Shown: positions 22,901-35,879 of the stretch, in pieces | Position numbering within the stretch: position 1 is the first letter of the stretch | Layout of the letters: the number at the start of each line of letters is the position of its first letter | NCBI GenBank assembly: GCA_000165425.1 | Contig: CT868065.1 | Coordinates: 124,001 to 174,740, forward strand | Source of the DNA: Paramecium tetraurelia | Lineage: Eukaryota | Direction of reading: 5' to 3' | Length of the DNA: 50,740 nt | Position numbers and translations under genes: made by a program | Notes under the pieces: generated by a model | Seen by the model: only the letters and a program-made list of their open reading frames with translations | What the model was told of the DNA's origin: nothing | The model's database searches: none

Positions 22901-23846
22901 TCATTATAAAACAATTAAAACAATGCTATTAAGCTTATTCCAAAAAAACTACTTGCAAGTACAATTCCAAAGGGTGATCTAGATAATAAAATTAATAATT
23001 TTATTGAAAATTCAACTAATTTTATTTCCTTTTTTAAGCCTCTTCTATTATTAGGATCATCAAGTTCTGCATGAATTTTTTAAAGATCTTTTTATTTCTC
23101 TTTAACTTCTGATTCAATAATTTTCAAACTTTCATCAGATAGTCTCTTAAACCCATCCATTACCTTTAAAGTATTTCTTGGAGTTTCATTATTTGCTATT
23201 TCAATTTCATTATCTCCAATTTTTAACATGATTCCAGCAATTGCTGCTTAACTTTTAATTGCTTTAAATCTGATTATAAGTTCTTAATTTTTACTGAGTG
23301 CTCCATTAATTTACTCACCTTTATATAAAATTTATTATCCAATTTTTTGAAAACTTAAATCTATTGAATACGCAGTTTACATCCCAACTGTTTCATAGAT
23401 GTCAAGATTTTCAATAACTAATTTATTTCCAAAAAATACTTCAAAAATTCGAGCATTACTTTCTTAATATTGTAGCTAATTTTTATCATTATAAAATACT
23501 TCAGCAAAATAGAGTGTCAATATATAATTTTAAGTTTCTGGTGAATCCTTGTTTAACGGAAGTTTGTAAAAAAAATTTAATCCTAATCTCTAAGTCATAT
23601 ACAATTCTTAATCAACAGTCTTTCTTACTTTTACAGACTATTACTCATCATAATAATCAACAAATTCTGAGGAACCTTAAAAAAATTAGTCCTTTTGACA
23701 ATATTGATAAAATTTACATTCTTGTAATTGATTCCATTGAATGAACGATATTTCATGTAATTTCCGCAATCTATAGAGTGTAAAATGTTTATTTAAGATA
23801 ATTTTTTCATCATTGTGATAGGGAGTAAAACCAATATTAAAATCAT
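22901..23846 (-). CDS. Malectin-like ER lectin (signal peptide, malectin domain, C-terminal TM helix)
   Basis: MILILVLLPITMM signal; SIDCG..YRSFNGINY; DQELYMTQR; LTLYFAEVFY; RIFEVFFGNKLVIENLDIYETVG; C-terminal hydrophobic helix PFGIVLASSFFGISLIALFLIVLQ-TGA. Intron 23692-23717. Confidence 0.85.
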
Positions 23847-23973
23847 AAAACAATTTAAAATATTTTGCTAAAAGGAAATTGTTATTTAAGTGGTGATGAA
23901 GTGTTTAGTAAAGTGAGATAGAAAATATGTTAAAAAACTTTTTTAAATAATTTTAATAAACAGAATAAAGACA

Positions 23974-25288
23974 ATGAATAACAATGGCTTTATTGTTTAT
24001 ATAATTGGTACAAAAGCAGCTGGAAAGAAAAACTTATCTTTGAATTTAGGTCTCAATAATTATGAGATCATATCCTGCGATTCTATGTAAGTTTATAAAG
24101 ATGCAGATATAATGACTGCAAAAGCTACAGCTATAGAACAGACAATAAAAAAACATCATGGAATCGATTTATTAGATTTAGAATATGAAGGATTTAATCG
24201 CAAATAATGGAGAGATAGTAAGAAACGTTATAAGCCCTATTTTAGTGACTATTAATAAAATTGAAGAGATATAATCTAAAGGATAGATTCCAGTTTTAGT
24301 AGGAGGCACTCATTATTATATTGAATCAATATTATTTAATTAAGGAGAAGAAACCTAATTACTATATGAAGATAAAATACAATTAAATGGCAAGGAGCCT
24401 TTTGAATATTTAAAAGAAATTGATCCATTGGCAGTTGAAAAATTTCATCCAAAGGATAGTAGAAGAATTTTAAATTCTATTAAATACTTCCAAAATACAG
24501 GATTATTACCATCTTAATAAATTGATCATCATTAAGACTAATTTAAATTAAGAAGTTATAACTTCCTCATTCTCTGGCCAAAATGGAAGAAACACGAAGA
24601 TCTAAAAATTAAAGTGGCTGAAAGAATAAACGAGATGCTTGATTAAGGGGGGACTGAAGAAATATTAAGAATATTCAAAAGATTAGAGAACAAATAAAAT
24701 AAAATGGGAGTACTACATAGTATTGGATATCAATAATTCTAAAAAGTTTATTAGTATTATAAAGAATAAGGATTTTAATACCCAAATGTAGATTTAAAAT
24801 TTAAAGAGCTATTAAAAGAGGGGGCTGAAAATTTAATCAATGATACTGTGTTATATACAAAGAAATAAATTTAATGGATTAAAAATAGAATTCTTGGTAA
24901 TTCAAAAATAGATATTATTGCAAACAGATTATTTTTATTAGAATTTGAATCAGCCCAAACTCTCAACGAGCAGGTAATACTCCCGGCTTAAAAAATATAT
25001 AACTTATTTTGTTAATTATTTCAAGTTGATAAATTAGGAGATGATTAATTTTAAATTAGCTAATAAAATTTAGAAAATATTAAATTATTAACTCCTGAGA
25101 TGATTACAAAGTATAATTAAACACAATAATTAAAATCAAGAACTAATTGGAAAAAATAAGAGTGTGAAATTTGCAACAAATTAATGAATGGCCCATTTGA
25201 AATAGAATAGCATTTTAAATCTCGTACTCATAATATTAATGTTTTGAAAGACGAACAATTGTAAAAGAAAAAATAAAAAATAGATTGA
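23974..25288 (+). CDS. TRIT1: tRNA dimethylallyltransferase (MiaA/Mod5/TRIT1 family) with C-terminal matrin-type zinc finger
   Basis: EIISCDSMQVYK, IMTAK, HHGIDLLD, IPVLVGGTHYYIESIL, HPKDSRRI, SIGY, YTKKQIQWIKNR, CEICNKLMNG....HFKSRTH. Intron 24218-24245. The P-loop is atypical (GTKAAGKK). Confidence 0.9.
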
Positions 25289-25827
25289 AAATCTTATGGC
25301 GTAGTTTATTAATTAATTATTAATAAATCGTTTTGAATGTTTCTGGCTTCAATAAATTATGTCTTTATTTACATAATTAGAGTAGAGGCATAAAAAAAAA
25401 ATTCTAAAAATAATAATCTTCTTATTCAAAAAAAGGCAATTTTTCATTCTTAGCATTTATGAACTCGCCTTTTCGCAAAAGATTAAGTTCCCTTAAAACT
25501 AAAACCTAAAAGAAGAAATTGTTTTTTAATATATATATAATTAGTTAAATAAATGAAATTAAAAATTAAAATTGTAAATGACTTTTAGTAAAGGTTTTGC
25601 TGCATTGTTGTAAAATAAATAAATGAACTTTAAGAAATAATTCAATGATCTCACCTAATTAATATCAAATAGGATATTTTTTTCTCTTAACATTAAATAT
25701 ATTACTACAATTAATCACGAGAACCAGTTGATATGGTATATATAAGAGTTCTAGATTAGTTAGAAATTAAAAAATTTTATTATTAATGTACCCTAAATTA
25801 AACCGAATCCTTTATTCTCAGGGTAAT

Positions 25828-26698
25828 ATGACCACAAGTGCTACATAGTCCCCAACTTAAAACATAAATTATAATGATGTCGGGTAAGAGTCCAATCAAT
25901 AGTATGAGAGAGCTACTGGATATGAAACTGAATTAAGTTCGTAAAATAAACAGATAGCAAGGTGATAACATTAAATTGCTAAAGTCTCGACTAAATCATA
26001 TTCAACATTAGGATATTATTTGCTAAAAAAATATTTCTAGAACAAGTAATGAAATATAATCAATTATCTCCACAAAATCTAGAGTAAATGAAGACTAACT
26101 GAGGAAGGTACATATCTAAAAACTAATTAATTCGAATAGTTATTCCTAGAGGAGATTAAATAAAAGAAACTTGAGGAATATTCATAAAGGGCCTATATAT
26201 CAAAAATGGAGAGACTAAAAAGGAGTAAAAACGTTTAAAGCTGTAATTTTTTGAGTATATAAATAGAAAAATAATTATATTCTGAGGCTTATTCTTTCTA
26301 AAATAAGGAATATAAAACGAATCTCTCTATAGCAAAATTATAAACTTGGAATGAAATATATGGTACTAATTTTAAATCTCACAAACTAATCCGATAAGCT
26401 CATCTAAAACATCAATAAGATAAGATTATTTAATTACAGCTGGTATTATTTTTCTCGATTCTAGAAATAATAAGAAGGATAATATAATTATAAGTAGAAG
26501 ATAATCCAAGAGGCATAGTAATTTAAAGAAAGACAATTGAGAATCACAGAATTGGAAGAAGCAGAAGAATAATATCTTTTGAAACTAAAAGTATCTCAGA
26601 GTAAAAATCGATCTATGAGTGCTAAAAAAGAAGAGATAAAGAGAGTTCCTGCTGAAAAAATATCAATCAGCAAAAATAATCTCTTTAGAATAAATTGA
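25828..26698 (+). CDS. Hypothetical coiled-coil protein
   Basis: ATG 25828 (MTTSATQSQLK..IKLLKSRLNHIQHQD), tiny introns near 26108, 26255 and 26443, ending RITELEEAEEQYLLKLK..TGA 26696-26698. The start and the middle intron are uncertain. Confidence 0.55.
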
Positions 26699-26704
26699 TT
26701 TTAT

Positions 26705-28559
26705 ATGGATAAAGAATTTTAATGTTGTTAATGTTAACTTGAGTTTAATTTACAGGATAAAAGTCCTCATGTCCTCCCATCCTGTGGTCATTCAATATGT
26801 TAGTTATGTGTGAAATAATATTTGTAATCGCAATTGTAGTTGATATGCAACGAGGACAAGTAAATGAATCAAAAATTAAATTAAGCATCGAATGCCAAGT
26901 GGACAGAGACTTCAAATTCTTCCCTATTAATCAGAGCATCATTGTCTTATTGAGAAAAAAACGACCTGTACAAAGATGCCATACTTATGTAACTCCAGAA
27001 GATGCAATACCTCGAATATCAGCAGAAGATGTTAGCGAATTTTCAGGTGACAGCCAATAAAACATTTAATTAAATAAGAGCATCTCTCAATCACATTCAT
27101 GTGAAATATTGCCAGCTAAAGAAAACTAAGGAGATTTATGCCAGATTCATTCAAAAACATTAGAATTAGTTTGTTAAGAAGATGGAGAATATATCTGTGT
27201 TAATTGCGCGCTATTTGGAAATCATAAGTTTCACAATTATAAGCCTATTGACATTTATGTGAAAGAAATGGAATAGACATTAAATGATATTACCACAATA
27301 TATGAAGTTGTAAAAGATATGAGTTCTAAAATTGAACAAAAGAATTACGCAAAAGAATTTGAAACCAAAATGCTATAATCAAAGGACTCTAAATTATAAG
27401 AAATAGACCTGAGGTTTAATGAATTATTTAATGAATTAAATTAAATAAAAGAAGAGTTTAAATCCAGAATAGAAAATAATTACAATATCCAATTCGATAG
27501 TAATATAAGAAAAATTGAATCAGAATTCACTTTATTAAAAGATCAAGCAGATAAATGGCTTTCGCAAACTGGACATCAATTAAATTATTTCTTTGTTGAA
27601 AAAATTTAAAATTAAAAGCTAAAAATGGATGCTAAGGAAATAGGAAATAGCAAAGTAAATGGGTCCTAATTGATTAGCAAAATATAATACTAATTTTCTT
27701 AAATTGAGACTTGTGTTAAGTTGATCGGAGAGTAATAACATTTTTTCGTGCCTATTGAAAACATTAAAAACTAATTCCCTCACGAAAATAAATAATAGCT
27801 TGATTAGTTATTATTGGATAGGGAAGACAAATTAACAGATTCGGATATTATTTATTAGGATATTAAAGATGAAAAATTAACATAATCGATGTACATTTCC
27901 TAATAGCCTACACAACCAGCTTCCCCCTAATATAATGTGGGTAAAAATAATTATTTCAGCCAAACATTGACACCTGGATAATTTTAAAGAAAAGATAGGA
28001 GTGTAACTATGCTACAAACGGAACCTTCAGAAATTTCGGCTCCAAACACGAACAGAAATAAGTTATCTTCATCCAAGTTCGCTAAAGTCTAGAAATTTAG
28101 TAAGGATCCAAAATTACATGATAAAATTATTAATACCTTAGCTATGTTTGAAAAGTTTGAAATGATTGATTTTTCTACTCTTGGTAATAATTAATCTATA
28201 TTAGATGTAACTGAGCCGTTGATTCAGGCAATAGATGAAGCACTCAAAAATAGAAAAATTGTCAAAGTCTTGAAAATGAGTAAATGTAAATTAACTGATG
28301 ATCTTTTTGCTAAGTTATTAACAGTCATTGAAGAATCTAGGTATTGAGGTTAAGTATATTTTACAGTGTTACAGCATTGCATCTACAATCCAACGCATTA
28401 ACTGAAAAAGCATTAGATTGTCTTTTAAACATCGCCAAAGTCAAAAAGCATTTTGAATGCAAGCAAATCTACTTAAATGGAAATATTAACATTACATAGG
28501 CTAAAGCCAAAAAAAAGATTGAAGAAATTAAAAAGTATGGTATTTAAGTAACGATTTGA
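26705..28559 (+). CDS. RING - B-box - coiled-coil protein with C-terminal leucine-rich repeats (TRIM-like E3 ligase)
   Basis: RING CCQC..PHVLPSCGHSICQLC..CNED; B-box CQIHSKTLELVCQEDGEYICVNCALFGNHKFH; coiled coil; LRRs VKVLKMSKCKLTD, VTALHLQSNALTE, KQIYLNGN. Two tiny introns near 28184 and 28341. Confidence 0.85.
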
Positions 28560-28849
28560 AATACATTTATTTTATTTATTGATATTTAATTCATCATTAT
28601 TTTGAATTGGCTGAAACTTTAGTATTTAATTTATATAGGTTTGATATTGTAACACAATTATTCAAATATTTGATGTGCTATTGTATTATTAAATATGTTC
28701 GAAAAATTATTCATTATATTTATTGTATTAATATAAGATAATTAAATAACAAATATTACAATCTAAAGTATTATAGATATAAATATGATTATGGTCTTAT
28801 TAAAATAATGAAAATATTATTTAGAAGATAATTAACTAACGAATATTAT

Positions 28850-31000
28850 AATGGAAAGTTACATTGAAAAGAACATAACAACCACATTACAAAATTTATT
28901 TGAATAATTTTAGAATCGATTATTATTTTAATGAATATTGTATCTACAAGTGAGAATTATATAATAATTAAAAAAAATAGCAACTAATACTGTTTGATCT
29001 ATTAAGTCTAAACTTATGTTTTTTAGAATTATATAAGCGAAATATTTTGGATTATAACCAATATTTTCAAGTGACCATTTAGCTAAAAAGGTCAACGATT
29101 TACTCATCTAAAATATTGTAAATGATGCAATAAATTGACTTTTAGAATTGCAATTATGCTGCAATATACGATTGTATAATTTGTGAAGAAATCATTAATA
29201 AGGATAGGAAAAAACAAATTAAAATTATATTATATTATTAAAATAACGTTAGAATTTACAAAGATTTAGGTAAATCCATATAATCATAAATTTAAGGTGT
29301 TAATGAAAAACAACCAAGGAATGTATTGTATGCTCCTTTAACACTTACTAATGAAAGACTATCCTAATTGAGATCAAAAAGGCTTGAAGCAAGATAGATA
29401 AATCATAATAAAACAATTTTAAACTTAATAAGTCAAATTGTATTTTCTTCGTTCTCTTAGACCATCAAAACCAGATTATACATATAGGAGTGATAGAAAC
29501 AATAATCTTTGGTTTCACTATGAATATAGATAATTTCGTTACTTTGAAAAAAAAGAACAATAAATATTTTTAGGAAATAATTAAAATACAAACTAAAAAA
29601 ATGTTAGAGAACAAGTAACTCGCTCATTTATAAATACACAAAAGATCACTTTATATTATATAAGAAGTATGAAAGGCGGAAATAAATGATTCAAAATTAT
29701 AAATACTATTTTAACAGAGCCTCTACTCATTAAGGAGGAATAATTTCAGGTATGCATAAGACTCATGAGAAATTTCTCATTTACCAATCAGTAAAGGCTC
29801 AATTGATCCTTTCATAATATGGGCAGTTAATTTGTTCGCAGACCTTATTATGATTAATCTAAATTTAAAAGAATTAAATGATATATTAAATATTGAGCTA
29901 ATGAATAATGACTAAAATATGATTCTTTATGGTGATTTTTCTGAGCCAAAATTTGTTCAAAAACTAATCATCATTATTAAATATCGCAATTATTATATTA
30001 TTAAATATTATGGCTGAATATTTTTGACAATTCTATGATAAAACTAAATTAGAATTTCGCATAATTACTTAATAATAAAAAAGGTAATGGTAGGAATAAA
30101 CAAACAGGTAGTAGTAGCCTCATACAACAAGCATTTATAATCTCAAGATCTCTAAAAACAATATATTATCTAAAATAGAAGATAAATAATAAAACAACTT
30201 AATTGTAAGTCTTATCAAACAGGAATAGCAGCATTTAGATAGCCTTTATTAAAAGGGAATTTTAACAATAAAAAAACTTTAAAAATGAATAAGATTTCCA
30301 AAAAGGAGGCATACTTAATTGTTTCAAGATGAGAATTACAATATTTGTATTAGATAAATTGTATTAACTAATTTTTTTCTGTAATTGAATAATTCATCAA
30401 GTCTAACTTAATTATAACTATAGCCAAAACCTCATTTAAGTAAAATGAATATTGAATCTAAATAAATTTATAAGAATTAATGCCATTTGACAAATCGCAT
30501 TCTTATAATTGCATTTCGCAACACAATATAGGACTGGAATATTTCAGTGATTTAATCATTTCAATGTTATAAAATAAAATTGGATGGGCAAAATTAGAGT
30601 TCTTGAATTAGAGATTAAATTTATAGAATTTTTCATTTTTTATGACTTATTATGACATTATCTTTAAAATGGAATTCTTTAAGAGTAATTACACTTCCTA
30701 TGGGTATGGAACCTAAAAAATTCTGACATTTTTGACTATATAAATTTTTGAAAGATAAATAAGTATTTAGGAAAATTGATTTAGGATCAGATTTATTTTA
30801 AAAACTGACTCCCTAAGGATCCCAATTTCTTTTTTATTAAATTAATATAAATAATAATAAAATTATGAAATAAAATTTGAGATTGAAGATGGTTTAGCCT
30901 TCTAATTAATGGCCAAGATCTGCTGACAAAATAATGCCTATAAAACATTAAATTGCTAAAATTGACCAATGTTTAAATTATATCAGTATTTAGGAAAAGT
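28850..31000 (+). pseudogene. Probable decayed gene(s), unidentified
   Basis: About 2.2 kb with coding-like patches (MESYIEKNITTTLQNLF; NLFADLIMINLNLKELND) but repeated TGAs and no consistent spliced frame found by eye. Boundaries are approximate. Confidence 0.3.
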
Positions 31001-31083
31001 AATTTTTTCACACTATTCAAAATTATAGCTGATATCAGAAATTATTATTAAAATATAAATATATTAATATAATTTATCAGTTT

Positions 31084-31113
31084 GGGAGATAAAATAGGCC
31101 CATTTTATCTCCC
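31084..31113. repeat. Perfect 12-bp inverted repeat (hairpin) with a 6-nt loop
   Basis: GGGAGATAAAAT-aggccc-ATTTTATCTCCC. Confidence 0.9.
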
Positions 31114-31329
31114 GTGAATAACAACATTTTACAATTAAACCAGTATACAATTATTTACAACTTTAAATTAATTGCTCTTAGTACTTTTTTAATTTTCATA
31201 TATATATTATTTTAATTTGATAGTTATTTGCTTGAGTGTTGGTAATTTTATGACCTGAATTAGAAATGGAATAATAAGTAAGAATAGATATCATTTATTT
31301 TAAATAAATTATTGAATATATCTGATTTT

Positions 31330-32252
31330 TCAAATAACACTAAAGTTTGGTGATTTCTCTTATTTTAACCAATTGAAATCTTGAACCTAGTCAAACAAAT
31401 TGCCATCCTTATTTCCCAATTTAGAAAAGGATAATTTGGAGCATCTCTCTATGATAGGATTAGATGTGACATAAATGATAAATGCACAATCTACAGTGTC
31501 ATGAATTCTTAATTAATGCATACTTCCTTAAAATTCACAATTTTAGCATTTATCAACCCATACACTTCCCTTCACATCTCCAAATTATACTTTAAGATTC
31601 TTAAGACTATGCAAATAAAATGTATCTAACGATCCTTCAACTTTAAAGGTAGTGTTTTCTAAGTTTTTCAACAAAAGTGACCCATTTTCTAATGTTATTG
31701 ATTCCTAATAATTCTCTTTAGTTATGACAATAGAATCATTGTCCAACACATTTTGCTTTTCTTCTAAAATTTTACTCTATTGTGGAATCCCTTTTGGAAA
31801 TGGTTTCGAAAACCTAAATTTTTATCTCGGAATGATTTAGGACCTTAGAGTGAATATTGTACATTCTAATTAGTCTAATTACTTTATATAGATTAAGATT
31901 CTACTTCTTTATATTGTTATTTATCATATGCAATTAAGGCATAATTGATGTCCACATAATATTAAAATAACACTTGAAATTCATCAATTAATTGTTGAAT
32001 TTGCTCTTCTGTTTTGATCGCCTTCTAATTTATTGGAAGAATAATATCTTAATTTATATGAATTTTACTGTCATAAAGTAGTCGAAATTCTTTTTGAACG
32101 TGCAATTATAATTCTTTAGGATCTTTGGTCTGAAGCTTAATTTCTTATCTTCTATCCTTTAGTGTTTTTAATTTATCTGCCTGCTTATTTAAATATTCTT
32201 CAAATTGCTGTTTTCTTATCTGTTGCTGTGAACTAAGTTGAGAGGTTTACAT
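31330..32252 (-). CDS. TBCC: Tubulin-specific chaperone C (tubulin folding cofactor C)
   Basis: N-terminal helical bundle with AYDKQQY and IPRQKFRF; beta-helix with GDVKGSVWVDKC, catalytic HQLRIHDT, SNPIIERC, VQDFNWLKQEKSPNF. Two tiny introns. Confidence 0.93.
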
Positions 32253-32291
32253 AAGAAAATTTTCTTTTATAATTAAATTATATGGTTAAAT

Positions 32292-34313
32292 TCAAAAAAT
32301 GTCATATGCTTATGTTTAGAATTCTGGTGTTTCTTTGACTTTCCAATATTCTTGCCCAAATGAAAATTTTCCATTTCTTTATAAAAACCATCTTGGAATA
32401 TGATCTTTTTTATGTTCGTGCAGTTCTTTTCGAGCTAACCGTTGCTTTTATTCTAATCTCGTTTTCTCAATTGCAGCAAAATCAATATTACTATTTTCTA
32501 AGGCTCTTTAATCAGGTCTCAGTCTAGAATCTGTTGGTGGTAATGTTTTTATCAGTTATCTATTTAAATGGTTTAATTATAAGGCAAATCGAGTAAAATA
32601 ATATTGCTAATCACATTTCTAAGGTAATGCATTTCGAACCCAAACTACTTTGGTCATGCCTGCCACAGTTATACAGATTTCTGAATTCCATTTGCCTTAG
32701 ATAGTACAATATTAAGTTCCTAATTTGTCTTTAACAAATCCTTTTAATTCATAAGATGCTTCAGATGATCCCTCTATTAATTTAAGAGTTCCAGTGTCTC
32801 CAGTGAATTCATTCTTAAATTTCATTTCTCCGTAATGGTCTAAATATTATGGGCCCATTATTAAGTTTTTAAATGAGGATTTGCATCTTTGAAATGCTAT
32901 TTAATCTTAATATTTCTTTAGTTTAATATTTACCCAGCCCAGAGGTGTCACAGTAATTGACTTACCCCAAAAGGATGTAGTCACATTATTATCTGACAAA
33001 AATTCAAAATGCTCGTTTTCTGCATAGCCAACTGATATTGGGGGGTGATGTGAAACTTATTCCGATATATATTTAAATTTTGGGCAAGAAAATTCAAATG
33101 TTTCTCCTAAAATTGGGTTAAATGGTTTTTTGACTCTATTTATAGTAGCTGACAACCCAGATGCGGCAAAAATCATTACATAAGCTAGTCTTTCACAACT
33201 ATTTGAAAATTAATCTGCTTGATCTAGAATTTCTGAATATTCTAAATTTTCACACAAATTTTAAAGCATAGATAAAGGTTCATTGAATGTTACTGGGAAA
33301 GCAATTTTAGTGAGATCCTTTCCTATCATATCTTTTAATAGTGAAACAAATTTAATGCTTTCATTCGGATCCTTAAATGCAGGTAATTATTCTCTGGTTT
33401 CATCAATACCTATTATCATATCTTTAAATGCTTCATTATTGATTAGATTTTTATATTTGATAGGTTGTGGAATTCTTAGCTATTCAAGTACTTGGAATAA
33501 AGGAGACACACCTGCTACGGACATTTTCTTTGATGAGAGTCTCCTTACTAATTGTCTGTCATCATAAAGTTCATTGTTAATTGAATAAAATTCATCTTCA
33601 TCCATTTTGAAGCTCATAAATTATTCAGTTGGTACAAACTCTTCTTCATAAAGATCGTCGTGATCGGGAGGATTTTAATCATTTGTTTCTCTAAGTTTTT
33701 CCTAAAGTTTTTTACTGATTTCAATCAACTTGTTATACTCTTCATCCAATTCTTACGCACATGCTGTGGTTGTGTGCTAAAATTGCAAAGCCATTTACTT
33801 TTAATTCCTAAATCAACTAGCTGATTCTCTAAGTATTGTTTAGAGAAATCTACTCTTCTAACTGCGCTTACATAACCCAAAATTACGTAAGGGTGGTATG
33901 GATTCGTTTCAAATCTAATTCTGGCGCTCCTTCTATGAAATAAAAAGGGTTCTTCTTTCTTTATACAAGCAACTTGTTTTAGGATTTTGAAGTAAACTAA
34001 ATAACGAACACATAATACTCTCTATTAAGCTGACAAAAGCGCATCTAACCACTTTTGCTTCTCTTAAACAGAAGAAGCTCTTAAATGCATTTCGCTCATC
34101 CCATAATTTATAACAATTCGCTATGGATCTTTAGGCACAGATCTTATTGAACAAATGCTTAAATGAACTTAACCTAAATCATTAAATTATTTTTTAACCT
34201 TTCTTTGGTGTTCCCTTAGATTAACAATATATTAAGGAGTCTTCATGCAAAATAAAATAACGATTTTGCCATTAATACATGAAATTCACCCACTTCTTTA
34301 AATAACCTTCCAT
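32292..34313 (-). CDS. Oxysterol-binding protein-related lipid transfer protein (PH + ORD)
   Basis: PH domain MEGYLKKWVNFMYQWQNRYFIL; DLTKIAFPVTFNEPLSMLQ; KPFNPILGETFE; signature EQVSHHPP; LPPTDSRLRPDQRALENS. Three tiny introns. Confidence 0.95.
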
Positions 34314-34406
34314 AATTTATAATAAATTTAATATGAAACTAGTTTTTTCATTATCAGTTTTATTTCAATTCATGATACTTATAGATAATAATTTTATTTT
34401 CCGTAA

Positions 34407-35720
34407 ATGCTCTTCTCAAAGGAACCATCCAATAAAAGAAAGTTCAAATATCGTAATATCCTTTCAGTGAACTTTGATTTCTTCACTTAATACTAAATAC
34501 TCAATAAAACTTAAAAGAATACTTAATAATCAATATCCATTCTAATCTTATAATTAATAATCGTCAACCTAATTATACTATACATACACCTTGATCTCAA
34601 AAATTAATAATTTAGAAACATCTAAGCATAAGCATTTTCATGTCATTAATACTCAAAAACTTTTAGAACCAAAGTGGCATCAGAAAAATTTTCAAAAAAG
34701 CAGAAGATAGAACTTAGAACTTATTTGCTTAAAAAAAACATAAATTCCAGAGTCAAGATAGTAGATTATATTGAATTATTGAAAAATAAATCATAATCAA
34801 ATCTCTAATGCAAATACTCAGATCTATTTATGGATTAATCATTTCAGAAATCATCACTTCCTTTTAAGTAAAAAAGCCTACAAAAAACAAAGGAAGAATA
34901 TAGAAATCATTTGTAACTCCTTTTAAAATGGTATATTTTTAATTCATTTTAGTACACATAAAATTGCTAAAATTAAAAATGGATCAAATCTGTAAACTCT
35001 AATTAATTAATGTACACAATAAATTCCAAAATGATCCTTAATAATAGATTAATTATCTAATATCTAGATGTAGGTGTGTAATTGTATAGCAATCAGAAAA
35101 ATTATCATTAAACCTATTGAGGATTACAGGACTTGATTCTAAAATATTTCATTTTTTGTTCAAACCTAAGCAAGATTTCCCTCAATCACATTATTAATTT
35201 TTAATTGATGAGAACTTCTTTTTAAATTATAAATTCTGTAAACCTACTAAATATGATATTTATTATCGGGTTTATGGAGCTGGTGAATTACCATTAGAAT
35301 TTTAAGTATAACTTGGTCAATTATAAAGCAAAAATTCAAAGATTCTGATTAATCAGCTTTCTTAATTAAAGATTAAATCCCTTCGATTGATTAAGATTTT
35401 GTAAGGAAAATTGTTTATTATTAAAAAAATCTATGTGAGCAAGTTTTAAAGAATAATTAAATTTAGATGAAAACATAACAATAGTATTATGTTAAGATAG
35501 TCAATACTATCCAATCTTATTGTTTCGGAAAACTTGTTTGGAAACTTTCCACATATAACAAGATCAAATAGGTACTTATTTGAAAAGATGGAATTAGAGT
35601 AATAGAATAAAGCCTATTCTTAAAGAATAAAATAATCAAAAGCACTTGAAAGTTGAATTTAATAATTTGATAAAGCAATCATGAAGATTTGATCTAAATG
35701 ATATTTTTTACTTTTTAAAA
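34407..35720 (+). pseudogene. Probable disrupted hypothetical gene
   Basis: ATG 34407, coding-like patches and an intron-like element (34931-34952), but in-frame TGAs (for example cct TGA tct near 34592) and frame changes. Boundaries are approximate. Confidence 0.3.
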
Positions 35721-35879
35721 TTTTTATTGAACTCAAGTTAATTTATTAATTTTCTAAATCATCTTTCATATAACAGATTCCTTCCCTGGGAATACATTTT
35801 TTGTTTCAAGAATTAAATTCCCTAATTATGTATAAGTAAAATTATTTAAATTTCTTTTAATAATATAATTAATTTTTAT

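Noticed and set aside
25459..25800. Short ORF beginning MNSPFRKRLSS
   Set aside because: No consistent spliced frame could be built, so it was left unannotated.
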